Both the position numbers and the translations under genes were made by a program. Under the pieces are notes generated by a model. That model worked only from the letters and a program-made list of their open reading frames with translations, did not search any database and was not told the origin of the DNA. From positions 16,021 through 40,020 of the forward strand of contig CAMBEP010000032.1 in assembly GCA_945865635.1 (NCBI GenBank): a stretch of DNA of 24,000 bases. The letters run 5' to 3'. This DNA comes from Candidatus Kuenenia stuttgartensis (GTDB taxonomy: Bacteria > Planctomycetota > Planctomycetia > Isosphaerales > Isosphaeraceae). This document shows positions 22,645 to 24,000 of this stretch, one piece after another; positions within the stretch are counted from its first letter, which is position 1, and every line of letters begins with the position of its first letter.

Positions 22645-24000
22645 GACTCAGGCGTGAGTTGCTCTTCTGCCATTTGCAAGGCTTTGATCATGCCGCGGGC
22701 CTTGTTGACCGTTTCTTCGTATTCAGCGGCGGGGATGCTATCATAAACCACGCCACAGCCAGCCTGTATGTAGGCTTTGCCCGCATGCAGTACGAGTGTA
22801 CGAAGGGCGATACACATATCCATATTGCCTGAAAAATCAATGTAACCCACAGCGCCTCCGTAAGGGCCTCGTTTCTGGGGCTCCATTTCGTCGATCACTT
22901 CCATGGCCCGGATTTTGGGCGCTCCTGAGACGGTTCCGGCCGGTAGCCCACTGCGAAGGGCGTTGAATGCGTTCATTCCTTCGGCGAGTTTGCCGCTCAC
23001 GTTCGAGCTGATGTGCATTACATGCGAATACCGCTCAATGTGCATGACGTCTGAAAGTTCAACAGAGCCAAACTTTGCAACTCGACCGACATCATTCCTG
23101 CCGAGGTCGATCAGCATGATGTGTTCTGCACGCTCCTTGGGGTCGGCCAGCAGTTCCTGTTCCAGGGCCAGATCCTCAGCCTCGTCCCGACCACGCTTGC
23201 GAGTTCCAGCCAAAGGCCGGACGGTCATTTCACCATCCTCAACCCTTACAAGAATTTCCGGCGAACTACCGACCAGACTGAAGCCCTTCCACGGCAAGTA
23301 GAACAGAAACGGGCTTGGATTGACAATGCGGAGCGATCGGTAGACATCAAAGGGATGGGCCTTGGTCTCCATCTCAAATCGCTGGCTGGGAACGACCTGG
23401 AAGATGTCGCCCGCCCGTATGTATTCTTGGCAGCGCTGGACCATGGCTTCAAATTCGGGGCGTTCGAAGTTTGAGACAACATGACGGGTGGGCGGGCTGT
23501 CGGTGTCGACATCGGCAATCACCAGGGATGTTGCATTCGTCTGGACTGGGCTTGCCAGTTGGGCGACAACTTCGTCGATCCGCCGGGTGGCAGTTTCGTA
23601 GGCCTGTTGGGCTGGGATGTCGTCGGTCGTTTGGGCCAGAACAACGACCAGAACGGTCTTGCGGATATGATCAAAAATCACCATCCGGTCATAAAATCCG
23701 AAGGCCAGATCGGGGAGTCCACGGTCGTCGGGAGGGATGTTGGGCAGATGCTCTACATAACGCACCGAATCATAGCCAGCCATGCCCACAGCCCCGCCTA
23801 TGAAACGTGGCAAACCCTTTCTGAGGGAAACCTTATGCTTGTTGATCCACTTCTCAAGGGCGGCCAGAGGGTCGGGATCAGAGAATCGGGTCAGGACGCC
23901 GTCGCGATGATCCCTGATTTCGATTTCGAGGCCACGGGCCTCAAATTCGAGGAATGGATCGGTGCCCAGAAAACTATATCGACCCACCTTTTCGCCACCA
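22641..24000 (-). CDS. trpE: Anthranilate synthase component I TrpE (5' end lies beyond the window)
   Basis: The frame stays open to the window edge (..GGEKVGRYSFLG, matching the conserved E-x-x-x-RYSF N-terminal block). It also has PLAGTRKRG, MLIDLGRNDVGRV and GGAVGYIDFSGNMDMCIALRT...IQAGCGVVYDS. The paralog PabB cannot be formally excluded. Confidence 0.8.
   Translation of the reverse strand, partial: GGEKVGRYSFLGTDPFLEFEARGLEIEIRDHRDGVLTRFSDPDPLAALEKWINKHKVSLRKGLPRFIGGAVGMAGYDSVRYVEHLPNIPPDDRGLPDLAFGFYDRMVIFDHIRKTVLVVVLAQTTDDIPAQQAYETATRRIDEVVAQLASPVQTNATSLVIADVDTDSPPTRHVVSNFERPEFEAMVQRCQEYIRAGDIFQVVPSQRFEMETKAHPFDVYRSLRIVNPSPFLFYLPWKGFSLVGSSPEILVRVEDGEMTVRPLAGTRKRGRDEAEDLALEQELLADPKERAEHIMLIDLGRNDVGRVAKFGSVELSDVMHIERYSHVMHISSNVSGKLAEGMNAFNALRSGLPAGTVSGAPKIRAMEVIDEMEPQKRGPYGGAVGYIDFSGNMDMCIALRTLVLHAGKAYIQAGCGVVYDSIPAAEYEETVNKARGMIKALQMAEEQLTPES

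Noticed and set aside
1-24000. Scan for tRNA, rRNA, CRISPR arrays, transposases or integrases
   Set aside because: I saw no T-loop-like GGTTCGAATCC-type boxes with matching acceptor stems. There were no regularly spaced repeats and no rRNA-like segments. No ORF had transposase, integrase or recombinase motifs.

Overview
The window reads as a chromosomal segment of a Planctomycetota-like genome. This is an inference from four things: a DUF1559/prepilin-like protein ending in an H-x9-DG motif, a HAF-repeat PEP-CTERM protein, an LEERL-type N-terminus on a large exported enzyme, and a structured intergenic repeat I associate with planctomycetes. GC content is mid-range (about 50-55% by eye), with several clearly AT-rich intergenic stretches.

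I support about 21 protein genes and no rRNA, tRNA or CRISPR.
- Plus strand, 0.2-3.4 kb: a Hanks Ser/Thr kinase with an extra C-terminal domain, a small membrane protein, and a DUF1559 protein.
- Minus strand, 3.4-13.9 kb, one long same-strand run:
  - mcsB and two McsA-like UVR zinc-ribbon paralogs;
  - a PEP-CTERM/HAF protein;
  - a divergent KAS I/II directly after bioB;
  - an unlisted 56-aa microprotein coupled by an ATGA overlap to a HYExAFE-like nuclease-fold protein;
  - a YkgJ Cys-cluster protein;
  - a 660-bp non-coding AT-rich block with repeated motifs;
  - a minimal SET-domain protein, a DUF6714-like protein, and a PqaA-family hydrolase.
- 14.5-17.3 kb: a three-domain multicopper oxidase fused to FG-GAP repeats. 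Its N-terminal part is cut off by a single in-frame TAG.
- 17.6-19.4 kb: a structured ~230-bp repeat, then a GC-richer NucS-like/DUF4268 nuclease gene bracketed by short direct repeats.
- 19.4-24.0 kb: a Tat-signal metallophosphoesterase, bioF, coaD, and a trpE that runs off the window edge.

No complete, clearly novel multi-gene system is demonstrable from sequence alone. The best leads are:
- the interrupted MCO;
- the bioB-KAS pairing;
- the HYExAFE-like gene plus microprotein;
- the DUF4268 islet;
- the two structured non-coding regions.
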